From NCBI GenBank assembly GCA_947629975.1, contig CANRFU010000001.1, positions 255 to 64,254 of the forward strand: a stretch of DNA of 64,000 bases. Reading direction: 5' to 3'. The stretch is from an uncultured Oscillospiraceae bacterium (GTDB lineage: Bacteria > Bacillota > Clostridia > Oscillospirales > Oscillospiraceae). A program made the position numbers and the translations under genes. Below the pieces are notes generated by a model, which worked only from the letters and a program-made list of their open reading frames with translations, was not told the origin of the DNA and ran no database searches. Positions within the stretch are counted from its first letter, which is position 1; each line of letters starts with the position of its first letter. Of this stretch, positions 10,188 to 18,235 are shown in pieces.

Positions 10188-10223
10188 AGCTATGGCGGCG
10201 GGAGCAATCCCGCCGCCATAGCT
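10188..10223. terminator. Bidirectional terminator between tnpV and the permease gene
   Basis: AGCTATGGCGGCGGGA-GCAA-TCCCGCCGCCATAGCT (16-bp stem) followed by TTT. Confidence 0.8.
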
Positions 10224-10244
10224 TTTGACCTGCCTTGATTCAGT

Positions 10245-11450
10245 TTATTTCCCAGCCACCGCCCACCGCCGCCAGCACAGCCAGCAGAGGGCCAGCAGCA
10301 CAATGGTGATGACCGCGTATAGCATCGCCCCAGACTGGAAAATCTCCAACGGCCCTAACATATGGCCGTTATATAGAGATTGAGAGGAGATCAGATTGTA
10401 GGGCAACCAGTCGGGCCACCGCCCCGTAGGATGTCCCCAGGCCATCATATAAATCATCGCCAGACCAGGGAGAAAGGAGATTGCCAACGCGATCGTTGAA
10501 TTACCGATGGCGGACAGAAGCATGACAAAACCGCCACACAATACACTGTATAGTACCATTAGGCCCGACATTGTCAGCAGCGCGCCGCCGACGGACAAGG
10601 TCAGCCCGCTCTGCGGCTCACAGAGTTGGATCGGTGTGCCAAAGCCCAATTTACCGCCCAAGAGTATCAGCTCGGTTGCAATCGTCGTGGCGACCGCTGC
10701 CGCCGCAATACCCCCCGCCGTCAGACTGCCCGCTAAAGTTTTGGCCAATGCCAGGGGGAAGCGGCTCTTAGATGCAACAAAAAGAATTGGCCCGGTTTTG
10801 TCGCGGCGTTCCTCCGAAAATACTCCACAGAGCGCCGCCGCGATCCCAAACGGAAGAATGATCGCTACACTTTGCAAACGTGCAATGGCATATTTGGCCC
10901 CTTTGCAGTATTCATATGTGAAGGGTTCGTCTATTTTCTTCGCCTGGGCTTCCCAATGGGAGGTTTCCGCTGCTGTCAGCTCCTGCCCCGCAAGATTGCT
11001 ACGCGCAAGTTCCCGACGTGCCTGATAGAACTCCCCGGCGGTGACGGTATCCGGGTCCAACCCCAGTGTCCACACCATATCAACCGGTGCGAAATAGGTG
11101 GGGTCTACCAGATACAAATAGCTGTTTAGCTGAAAAGAGTTTTCCCCCACTTGAGGCAAAGAGCGGTGCATGACCTTAAAAAAGTCCTCGTCCCACATCT
11201 GTCCATCCAACTTTGACCCGTTTTTCCCTTCTCTGGTGGACTGGTCATAAGCGGTAAGAAACGCCGAATACTCCGTACCGTCCTCCGTTGTATAGGTGAA
11301 TTGGAACCCGTTAGCCCCTCGCCCTGTCCACCAAAACAGTGAGGCGTTTACCATACACACAACTACCACGAGGGCCGTAGCCACCCAAGTGAGTTTGCGC
11401 ATCCAAATCTTCGTCATTTCATAGCGGAATAACATACCAAGGTTCTTCAT
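10245..11450 (-). CDS. ABC transporter permease (N-terminal TM, extracytoplasmic loop, multiple C-terminal TMs)
   Basis: FRYEMTKI start, FSEERRDK motif, hydrophobic segments; coupled to the ATPase gene. Confidence 0.8.
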   Translation of the reverse strand: MKNLGMLFRYEMTKIWMRKLTWVATALVVVVCMVNASLFWWTGRGANGFQFTYTTEDGTEYSAFLTAYDQSTREGKNGSKLDGQMWDEDFFKVMHRSLPQVGENSFQLNSYLYLVDPTYFAPVDMVWTLGLDPDTVTAGEFYQARRELARSNLAGQELTAAETSHWEAQAKKIDEPFTYEYCKGAKYAIARLQSVAIILPFGIAAALCGVFSEERRDKTGPILFVASKSRFPLALAKTLAGSLTAGGIAAAAVATTIATELILLGGKLGFGTPIQLCEPQSGLTLSVGGALLTMSGLMVLYSVLCGGFVMLLSAIGNSTIALAISFLPGLAMIYMMAWGHPTGRWPDWLPYNLISSQSLYNGHMLGPLEIFQSGAMLYAVITIVLLALCWLCWRRWAVAGK

Positions 11451-12148
11451 TCTCTCTCGCCTCCAAACTCCTCCAGATAAAGTTGCTCCAAATCAGTGCG
11501 GCTCTTGTCCCAGGACTCGTCCAGAATGATATGTCCCTCGGACATCATCAGCATATGATCCGCGATGTGTTCCACGTCGGACACGATATGGGTGGACAGC
11601 AGTACGATGGAATCATGGCCCAGGTCGGCCAGCAGGTTGCGGAACCGCACCCGCTCTTTGGGATCAAGCCCCGCTGTGGGCTCGTCCACAATGAGCAGTC
11701 GGGGATCGTTCAGCAATGCCTGGGCGATGCCCAGCCGCTGCCTCATGCCGCCGGAATAGGTCTTGATCTTCTTTTTGCCCACATCGGCCAGGCCCACCAG
11801 TTCCAGCAGCTCCGCTGACTTTCGTTTGGCGTGGGGCCGGGACAGCCCTTTCAGCGCCGCCAGATACAATAGGAAGTCCAGCCCGGTGAAGTCCGGGTAG
11901 TAACCGAAGTCCTGGGGCAGATAGCCCAGCACCGCCCGGTAGTCCTCGCTGGACACGTCCATTCCGTCCAGAGCCACGGACCCCGCTGTGGGCTTCAAAA
12001 TGCCGCAAAGCATCCGCATGAGGGTGGTCTTGCCCGCGCCGTTGGCCCCCAGCAGGCCGTTGATCCCCTCTGTGAGCCGGAGGGATACCCCGTCCACCGC
12101 CTTTTTGTCCTTGTAGTGCTTGCTCAGTTCTCGCACAGTCAGTTCCAT
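11447..12148 (-). CDS. ABC transporter ATP-binding protein
   Basis: Walker A GANGAGKTT, signature YSGGMRQR, IVDEPTAGLD, H-loop STH. Confidence 0.95.
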   Translation of the reverse strand: MELTVRELSKHYKDKKAVDGVSLRLTEGINGLLGANGAGKTTLMRMLCGILKPTAGSVALDGMDVSSEDYRAVLGYLPQDFGYYPDFTGLDFLLYLAALKGLSRPHAKRKSAELLELVGLADVGKKKIKTYSGGMRQRLGIAQALLNDPRLLIVDEPTAGLDPKERVRFRNLLADLGHDSIVLLSTHIVSDVEHIADHMLMMSEGHIILDESWDKSRTDLEQLYLEEFGGERE

Positions 12149-12849
12149 TGTAATTCCTCCGTTTCCTTTACGGTCTTGACGAACTCAAAGGCGGACGCCG
12201 CCAAGGTGAGGGCCAGGGCCGCCCACCAGAAGGGGGCGTTCTCCGCATGGTACAACTCTGGCCGGGTCCCCCACGCCCACATCCCCAGGGCGCACATCAG
12301 GAACGCGGCGGCGGCGCAGGCCAGCAGGCCCTCCTGCCCCCGCACCCGGCGGGACGCCTCCATCCCGATGGCGGCGGTGAGCAGATAAGGGGTCAGCAGA
12401 TATACTCCCGCTTGCAGCATCTTTCCGCCGCCCCGAAGGGCCAGGACCGGCGTGGCCAGCCCCAGCAGGAGCAGATGGAGCAGACCCACAGCGGCCATCC
12501 GGGCCAGCAGCGCAGAGCGGAGTGGCATCCGGCAGGCCAGTTCCAGCTCCTCCATGCCGTACCGCCGGGACCGGCCCCACTCGGCCACCGCGATCAGGGC
12601 CAGCAACGGAGTCAGGGCCGAGGCCGTCCACACCGCCCCCGGCTCCCGCCCCGCCGCCAGGACCAGGATAACGGCAAACAGGGCGGCAGACCCCGCCCAC
12701 GTCCACCAGCGGACATATCCCGCCTGGGTCAGTAGCAACTCGGCGGGGCCCAGCTCCCGGCGGCGGTGGACCCGCAGAAAGGCGGCCTTTCGCTCCGGGG
12801 GCGGGGCGGAAAAGGCCATATCCAGCGCAGTTTTCAGCTTTTTGTCCAT
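12139..12849 (-). CDS. Membrane protein, putative anti-sigma/accessory factor
   Basis: Multi-TM; YGMEELELAC motif; directly downstream of the ECF sigma gene. Confidence 0.6.
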   Translation of the reverse strand: MDKKLKTALDMAFSAPPPERKAAFLRVHRRRELGPAELLLTQAGYVRWWTWAGSAALFAVILVLAAGREPGAVWTASALTPLLALIAVAEWGRSRRYGMEELELACRMPLRSALLARMAAVGLLHLLLLGLATPVLALRGGGKMLQAGVYLLTPYLLTAAIGMEASRRVRGQEGLLACAAAAFLMCALGMWAWGTRPELYHAENAPFWWAALALTLAASAFEFVKTVKETEELQWN

Positions 12850-12852
12850 ACG

Positions 12853-13293
12853 CTATCCCTCCAATCGCTGACGCAAACGCTTCAAAACGCCTCTCAAGCG
12901 CCGGTACAGGGCAAACCGGCTCACCCCGTACAGCCTGCACAGCACGCCTACGGGCACCTCGTTCACCACCCGCAGCAGCACCAGCTCCCGGTCCTCCGGG
13001 GACAGCCGGTCCAGCTCGCTCCGCAGGGCTATGGACAGCAGCGGGTCGTCCGGCTCCGCCGGCAAATCCTCCGGCAGAGGTTCAGTGCCGGGCCTCCGGC
13101 CCTCGTCGGTGCAGAGGTTCCGGGCGATGGTGTAGAGATACTGGAGCGTCTGCCCGGTGTCCCGGTAGGTGTCGCTGGAAAGCCAGCGCAGAAAAGTCTC
13201 CTGGGTCACGTCCTCCGCCCGATGCCGGTCTCGGAGGCGGAAATAGCAGTAGCGATAAATTCTATCGTACTGCGCTTCAATGTCTATTGCCAC
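12853..13293 (-). CDS. ECF-type RNA polymerase sigma factor
   Basis: YDRIYRYCY...AEDVTQETFL...YLYTIARN region 2 and an HTH region 4; GTG start after AAAGGAGG. Confidence 0.92.
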   Translation of the reverse strand: MAIDIEAQYDRIYRYCYFRLRDRHRAEDVTQETFLRWLSSDTYRDTGQTLQYLYTIARNLCTDEGRRPGTEPLPEDLPAEPDDPLLSIALRSELDRLSPEDRELVLLRVVNEVPVGVLCRLYGVSRFALYRRLRGVLKRLRQRLEG

Positions 13294-13451
13294 AGTCAAC
13301 CTCCTTTCGACGCACCTCACTATGTATAACGGTTGAAAAAGCAAAATGTGCGGTAATAAGTAAAAAAATTCAATCTTTAAGTTGCAAATTTTCTAAACCG
13401 AATAGGATACCCGCTGTTCCAAAAAAATATACAAAACTTCGCAAAAAGCTC

Positions 13452-13700
13452 TTGACAAACATCCGTTCTATGTTGTAATATAAAATACTCTCCATAGGAG
13501 AGCCATAATTACATAGCATGAGAGGATCACCTCTCCGCCTCCGAAACTGCTTTGGACTGTCGGCAGTTGGAGGTAAGAAAGACAGTCTCGACTTTGTATC
13601 TCAAAGCCGGTTACATCAATGTGAAAAACGACTTCAGCAACACAAAGGGGGTAGTCTATCCCTTCGCGGGTCGGTACACATTGGTGTGCCGGCTTTTTTG
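13452..13700 (+). ncRNA. Candidate structured RNA/attenuator with its own promoter (TTGACA at 13452) and terminator (about 13671-13698)
   Basis: Several hairpins, a possible H-type pseudoknot and a terminator with U-tract; no convincing ORF. Confidence 0.4.
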
Positions 13701-13956
13701 TTGCCCAAAAACGCCGGTCACAACTGAATGACCGGCTGAACAGGATATGTTTTTGGTGAAGTACGCCGTGACCTTCCGAAAGGAAAGAGCGTACCGGGAA
13801 AACAAAACGCCGCGGTGAGATTCCGGGGCAGGAACGGTGTTCAGACAAAACGGCAAAAGTTTCGGCGGGGTGCAGGGTGCCCTTTTCAAAGGGCGGCCCT
13901 GCCGGGAGAGCGATCCGCAGATCGCGGGGGCAGCGCCCCCATTCCCCCTCGGAGAG

Positions 13957-14028
13957 CCCACTGACATCTTTGCAGCCGTAAGGCTGAAAGTGTCATAGTG
14001 GGTTAGATACTTTGAAAAAGTATCTAAC
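13957..14028 (+). other. oriT (RSA-like site) for the MOB-V relaxase
   Basis: ATAGTGGGTTA (13995-14005) resembles the pMV158 nick region TAGTGTG/TTA; lies at the foot of a long hairpin (13957-14002) and is followed by GTTAGATACTTT-GAA-AAAGTATCTAAC; just upstream of the mob gene. Confidence 0.75.
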
Positions 14029-14065
14029 AAGAACGGCGCAGGTAAGTGCAGAAAGGAGGTTATAA

Positions 14066-15298
14066 ATGGAGAAAACAAATTTCACCGTAGCGAGAGTCGT
14101 CACCCACACGAGAGCGGGCGTGGGTAAGTGCGAGCGCCACAACGAGCGAAAAAATGAAAATTACGGCAACATGAACGTGGATCTGGAGCGCACCCCTATG
14201 AATATCCACTTCAAGGACTGCGGCGGCGCGACCTACAATGAGACATTGGACAGGCTGGTGGCCGCCGGGGAGGTATCCCTCCGGGGCCTGAAGGCCGACG
14301 CCAGGGTGTATGACGAGATGATCCTGGATGTGAATACGGACTACTTTGAGCGGCACGGGGGCTACGACTTTGCCCAGCGGTTCTATGGGGAGGCGTACCG
14401 TTTCGCCTGTAAGCTGTACGGAGAACAGAACATCCTCTCCGCTGTCATGCACGCCGACGAGATCAACCTGGCCCTGACGGAGCGGTACGGATACCCTGTC
14501 TACCATTACCACCTTCACATTGTAGCACTCCCGGTGGTGGAAAAGCAAGTGCTGTGGTCCAAGCGGTGCAGGGATAAGGCGCTGGTCGGCACGGTCAAAG
14601 AGACCGTCCAGCAGGTCAGTCATTCAAAGAAGTGGAAGTCCCAGCGGGCTTTGGACGAGAATGGCAAACCTGCCTTTGATGATAAAGGCAGGCCCAAGCT
14701 GCTTCCATCCTACAGCGTTTTGCAGGACGAGTTCTGTGATCACATGAAGGAGGCCGGATTCACTGATTTCATCCGAGGGGAACGGGGTAGCACGGAGGAC
14801 AATCTCTCCTGTCTGCAATATCAGATCAAGAAGGACACGGAACGCTTGGAAGCGATACGGGAGAAAATCAGAGCGGAGGAAGTCGAGTACGCGGTCGTTC
14901 ATTCTGTCCACAAGACCCACGCGGAAATCGACGACATGGGCAGGAAAACGCTGACCGGCAAGGTCACAGTGTCTCAGGCAGACTACGATGCCCTTACGCA
15001 GCTTGCCAAGGAAGGGGTTTCTGAACGGGGGCAGCTCGACCGGCTGAAGGAGGAAAACCGTCAGCTCCAGGCCAGGGTCTGGAACCTACAAAGCAGCTTG
15101 AACCAGTTGGAAAGGCAGTTCGATGAGTTGGTGGAACGGTGCCGGCCTTATCTGGAAGCGGTCAGGGCCATGCCGGAAAAGGTGAAGGAATTTTTGGACA
15201 GTATTCTGGCCCCGGTCCGCAGACAAAGGGAAGAACAGAGCCGGTCCATCATGTATGGGAAAAGCAAAACACGGGAAAGGAGGGATGACACCAGATGA
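14066..15298 (+). CDS. MOB-V/Mob-Pre family relaxase (TnpZ-like)
   Basis: HNER, MHADE...HYHLH relaxase motifs and a coiled-coil C-terminus. Confidence 0.9.
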   Translation: MEKTNFTVARVVTHTRAGVGKCERHNERKNENYGNMNVDLERTPMNIHFKDCGGATYNETLDRLVAAGEVSLRGLKADARVYDEMILDVNTDYFERHGGYDFAQRFYGEAYRFACKLYGEQNILSAVMHADEINLALTERYGYPVYHYHLHIVALPVVEKQVLWSKRCRDKALVGTVKETVQQVSHSKKWKSQRALDENGKPAFDDKGRPKLLPSYSVLQDEFCDHMKEAGFTDFIRGERGSTEDNLSCLQYQIKKDTERLEAIREKIRAEEVEYAVVHSVHKTHAEIDDMGRKTLTGKVTVSQADYDALTQLAKEGVSERGQLDRLKEENRQLQARVWNLQSSLNQLERQFDELVERCRPYLEAVRAMPEKVKEFLDSILAPVRRQREEQSRSIMYGKSKTRERRDDTR

Positions 15299-15549
15299 GT
15301 ATCGTTTTAGAGTTGACAGAAAAAGAGCGGGAGATCGTCGATGAGGTACTGGAGCGGCTGGACAACACAGCGGAATATCTTGCCGGCCTGTCCCATGAGG
15401 AACGTCTGAACTGGCTGAGAACGCATCAGTTTTACCACCCGATCAGCTTTGAGCGGGAGATCGACGGTACCGTTTATTCCGTCAACGCCCATTTCAGTGA
15501 CAAAAATACCGAGACCGTCGAGGGGAAAGTCATGCGTATCCTCGACTGA
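15295..15549 (+). CDS. tnpW: TnpW family protein
   Basis: C-terminal REIDGTVYSVNAHFSDKNTETVEGKVMRIL; sits between mob and the recombinase. Confidence 0.7.
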   Translation: MSIVLELTEKEREIVDEVLERLDNTAEYLAGLSHEERLNWLRTHQFYHPISFEREIDGTVYSVNAHFSDKNTETVEGKVMRILD

Positions 15550-15568
15550 AATATCGCACATTAAAGTG

Positions 15569-15597
15569 TTGAAGTTTTGCGCCGGATGTGGTATGAT
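15569..15597 (+). promoter_or_regulatory. Sigma-A promoter of the recombinase gene
   Basis: TTGAAG-17-TATGAT with a TG extension. Confidence 0.65.
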
Positions 15598-15647
15598 GAC
15601 AGTACCTTGCAATCCATATCACATTCGGCTGCGGAAAGGAGTAACTT

Positions 15648-17333
15648 TTGAAGAAAAAGCAGCCAGAACAACAGAGGATCACGGCGCTATATGCCAGACT
15701 GTCCCGCGACGATGAAAAGGATGGTATTTCGGGCAGCATCCAGAACCAGCGGGCCATCTTGGAGAAATACGCCGCCGACAACCACCTGCCTAACCCCCGA
15801 TTCTTTTACGATGACGGTTACTCAGGAGTCACGTTCACAAGGCCGGCCTTCATGGAGATCATGGAGCTGGCCGAGCAGGGCCTTGTGGCCAATCTGGTGG
15901 TAAAGGATCACTCCCGGCTGGGACGGAACCGGCTGGTGGTGGGCCAACTGCTGGAGGAAGATTTTGTCCGTTTGAACGTGCGGTATATCGCCATCATGGA
16001 CAACATCGACACGGCCAACGGCGTCAGCGACATCGTGCCCATGCAGGACCTGTTCAACGAGTGGCACGCGAAAAACACCAGCGACAAAGTGCGCCGGGTC
16101 ATGCAGAGCCGGGGAAATGCCGGGATACCCCTCACCACCAACCCGCCCTTTGGGTACAAAAAGGACCCGGAAGATAAAAACAAGTGGCTGGTGGACGAAC
16201 CGGCGGCAGAGGTGGTAAGGCGCATCTTCCAGATGTCCGTGAGCGGCCTGGGGCCAACGCAAATCGCCAAGAAGCTGCGGTCGGACGGTGTGATGACCCC
16301 CAGCGAGTATCTGCACAGCATCGGCGTCAATTGCTCTGCCAAACTCCCGGCGTATCCGCACAACTGGTGTTCTGATACCGTGGCGGCCATTCTGGACCGG
16401 CAGGAGTACACCGGGGACACCGTAAATTTCCGCTCCTTCAGCCAGTCCTTCAAGCAGAAGAAACGGCTGGACAAGCCCCAGGAGGAGTGGAAAGTGTTCC
16501 CCGACACCCACCCGGCTGTCATTGACCGGGAGACCTTCGACCTTGTCCGGGAACTCCGCCAGCACCGTCGCAGGCCCACGAAAAGCGGCATTGTCAGTAT
16601 GTTCTCAGGGTTGCTGTACTGTGCCGACTGCGGAGAAAAGTTATATTACAGCGCCTTGGGAAATTACAAGCGGGAGCAGGCCAACTTCTTTTGCTCCAGC
16701 TACCGCAAGACCCCTGGCGTATGCACCGCCCACTTTATTCGGGAACGTGCGGTGGAGCAGTTGGTATTGGAGGGCTTGCAGCGGCTATTGTGGTACGTCC
16801 AAGTTTTTGAGCCTGTGTTTGCCAGGGATCAGATGGAGCGGTTTGGCCTGCAGGAGAAGAAAGAACTGGCGGCCAAGCGGCGGGAGTTGGACCGAGCTAA
16901 ACAGCGGGTATTGGAGATCGACCGGCTCGTCCAGAAGAGCTACGAGGATATGTCCAGGGGCCTGCTGTCCGAGGAACGCTTTGCCACATTGACGGTATCG
17001 CTGGAAACCGAGCAGAAGCAGTTGAAGGCAATGATTCCAGAGATGGATGCCAGCCTGGAGACTACTACGGATAAGGCCGCTGACCTTCAGCGGTTTATTG
17101 AGCGAGCCAGACAGGTGACCCGGCTGACGGAACTGACGCCTGAAATCGTCCATGAGTTCATCGAAAAAATCGTGGTACACAGCCCGGAAAGAATAGACGG
17201 CAAGCGCCATCAGACTGTGGACATCTACTACAACACTATCGGTCTGTGGACCGTACCCGACGTCGAGAAATTGGAACAGCAATTTCTGACCCACTACAAA
17301 GCCATGCAGAAGCGTAGAAAAAAGACGGCGTAG
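15648..17333 (+). CDS. Large serine recombinase (TnpX/TndX family)
   Basis: ALYARLSRDD catalytic Ser, DDGYSG, KDHSRLGRN, recombinase domain, Zn ribbon LLYCADCG...FFCSSY...C, DUF4368-type tail; TTG start. Confidence 0.95.
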   Translation: MKKKQPEQQRITALYARLSRDDEKDGISGSIQNQRAILEKYAADNHLPNPRFFYDDGYSGVTFTRPAFMEIMELAEQGLVANLVVKDHSRLGRNRLVVGQLLEEDFVRLNVRYIAIMDNIDTANGVSDIVPMQDLFNEWHAKNTSDKVRRVMQSRGNAGIPLTTNPPFGYKKDPEDKNKWLVDEPAAEVVRRIFQMSVSGLGPTQIAKKLRSDGVMTPSEYLHSIGVNCSAKLPAYPHNWCSDTVAAILDRQEYTGDTVNFRSFSQSFKQKKRLDKPQEEWKVFPDTHPAVIDRETFDLVRELRQHRRRPTKSGIVSMFSGLLYCADCGEKLYYSALGNYKREQANFFCSSYRKTPGVCTAHFIRERAVEQLVLEGLQRLLWYVQVFEPVFARDQMERFGLQEKKELAAKRRELDRAKQRVLEIDRLVQKSYEDMSRGLLSEERFATLTVSLETEQKQLKAMIPEMDASLETTTDKAADLQRFIERARQVTRLTELTPEIVHEFIEKIVVHSPERIDGKRHQTVDIYYNTIGLWTVPDVEKLEQQFLTHYKAMQKRRKKTA

Positions 17334-17387
17334 CCATATAGCTACACCGCCTCTAATCAGATAATTTTCACTTACAAGAGCCGCCTT

Positions 17388-17431
17388 GGGGGACACTTCC
17401 TTATGGAGTGTCCCCCGAGGGCAGACTTTTT
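17388..17431 (-). repeat. REP-like unit, right copy (inverted relative to 9703-9746)
   Basis: Reverse complement reads AAAAAGTCTGCCC-15 nt-TAAGGAAGT, with hairpin GGGGGACACT...AGTGTCCCCC. Confidence 0.7.
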
Positions 17432-17466
17432 TTGACCGAACCGCCCGCCGGCGGGAACTTGCGCGT

Positions 17467-17496
17467 AAAAAAGCGCCGGGGCATCGCTGCCCCGGC
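17467..17496 (-). terminator. Intrinsic terminator of the exoA-thiE/thiD-thiN operon
   Basis: GCCGGGGCA-GCGA-TGCCCCGGC followed by GCTTTTTT on the minus strand. Confidence 0.75.
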
Positions 17497-17587
17497 AGAA
17501 AAGGATGGAGGATAGAATGAAAAAGAAAATCGCCTCTTGCGATTCTTAGGATAGGCGCGAAGTGTTACGGAACTTCGAGAACAATTA

Positions 17588-18235
17588 TTAAAAAAGCGTT
17601 AAATCTGCCTGCGGTTTCCGCACCCGCACCAGCAGCAGGCGGCCCGTTCCCACGGAGATCCGCGCGATCCGCCCCGGCAGCACCTCGTTGCTGACGCCAT
17701 AGGCGTACTCCGCCGTGATCTCCGCCCCGGTCAGCGGCCACTTTGCCCCGGTGACGGCGATCTGCCCCGCCGGACCGTCCACCGCCAGCAGGGAAAAATA
17801 CGGCCAGTCCTCCGTGACGGAGGCGGGGCGGCTGGACACGATCTCCATCTCCGAGAAGTCGTCGGCCAGCAGAGCCCGCTTTCCTAGGCTGTCAAGCCAC
17901 AGCAGCAGCCCCAGATTGGCCAGAGTGTGGTCCACCCTGCCCCCGGCGCAGCCCAGCAGGAGGAAGTCCTCAAAGCCCCGTTTGACCGCCTCTCTGGCGG
18001 CGTACACCGTGTCGGTGTCGTCCTTCTCCCGGGGCAGGGCGATGGTCTCCGCCTCCGTCTCCGGCCGGGGGTGGGAGTCGAAGTCCCCCACGATCAGATC
18101 CGGGGCGGCCCCGAGCCCCTCCCGATGGAACAGGCCGGCGTCGCAGTAGAGGAAAAAATCCCCGGCGCGGAGACAGCTCCTGGCGCTGCCGTAGTCCCCG
18201 ATGGGCGCGCCGCCCACGATGACGCACCGCCTCAC
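17588..18235 (-). CDS. thiN: Thiamine diphosphokinase
   Basis: YCDAG, LIVGDFDS, EKDDTDT, GGRVDHTLAN, GVSNE. Confidence 0.93.
   Translation of the reverse strand: MRRCVIVGGAPIGDYGSARSCLRAGDFFLYCDAGLFHREGLGAAPDLIVGDFDSHPRPETEAETIALPREKDDTDTVYAAREAVKRGFEDFLLLGCAGGRVDHTLANLGLLLWLDSLGKRALLADDFSEMEIVSSRPASVTEDWPYFSLLAVDGPAGQIAVTGAKWPLTGAEITAEYAYGVSNEVLPGRIARISVGTGRLLLVRVRKPQADLTLF

Larger units (their letters stand above)
9757..17378. mobile_element. Tn4451/Tn4453-like integrative mobilizable element (serine recombinase + MOB-V) carrying an ECF sigma/ABC transporter cargo
   Basis: tnpV-like, MOB-V relaxase with oriT, tnpW-like and large serine recombinase genes; composition shift against flanks; ends inferred from a shared CAAG (9757-9760 and 17375-17378) between inverted REP units, so exact ends are uncertain. 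Confidence 0.8.
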
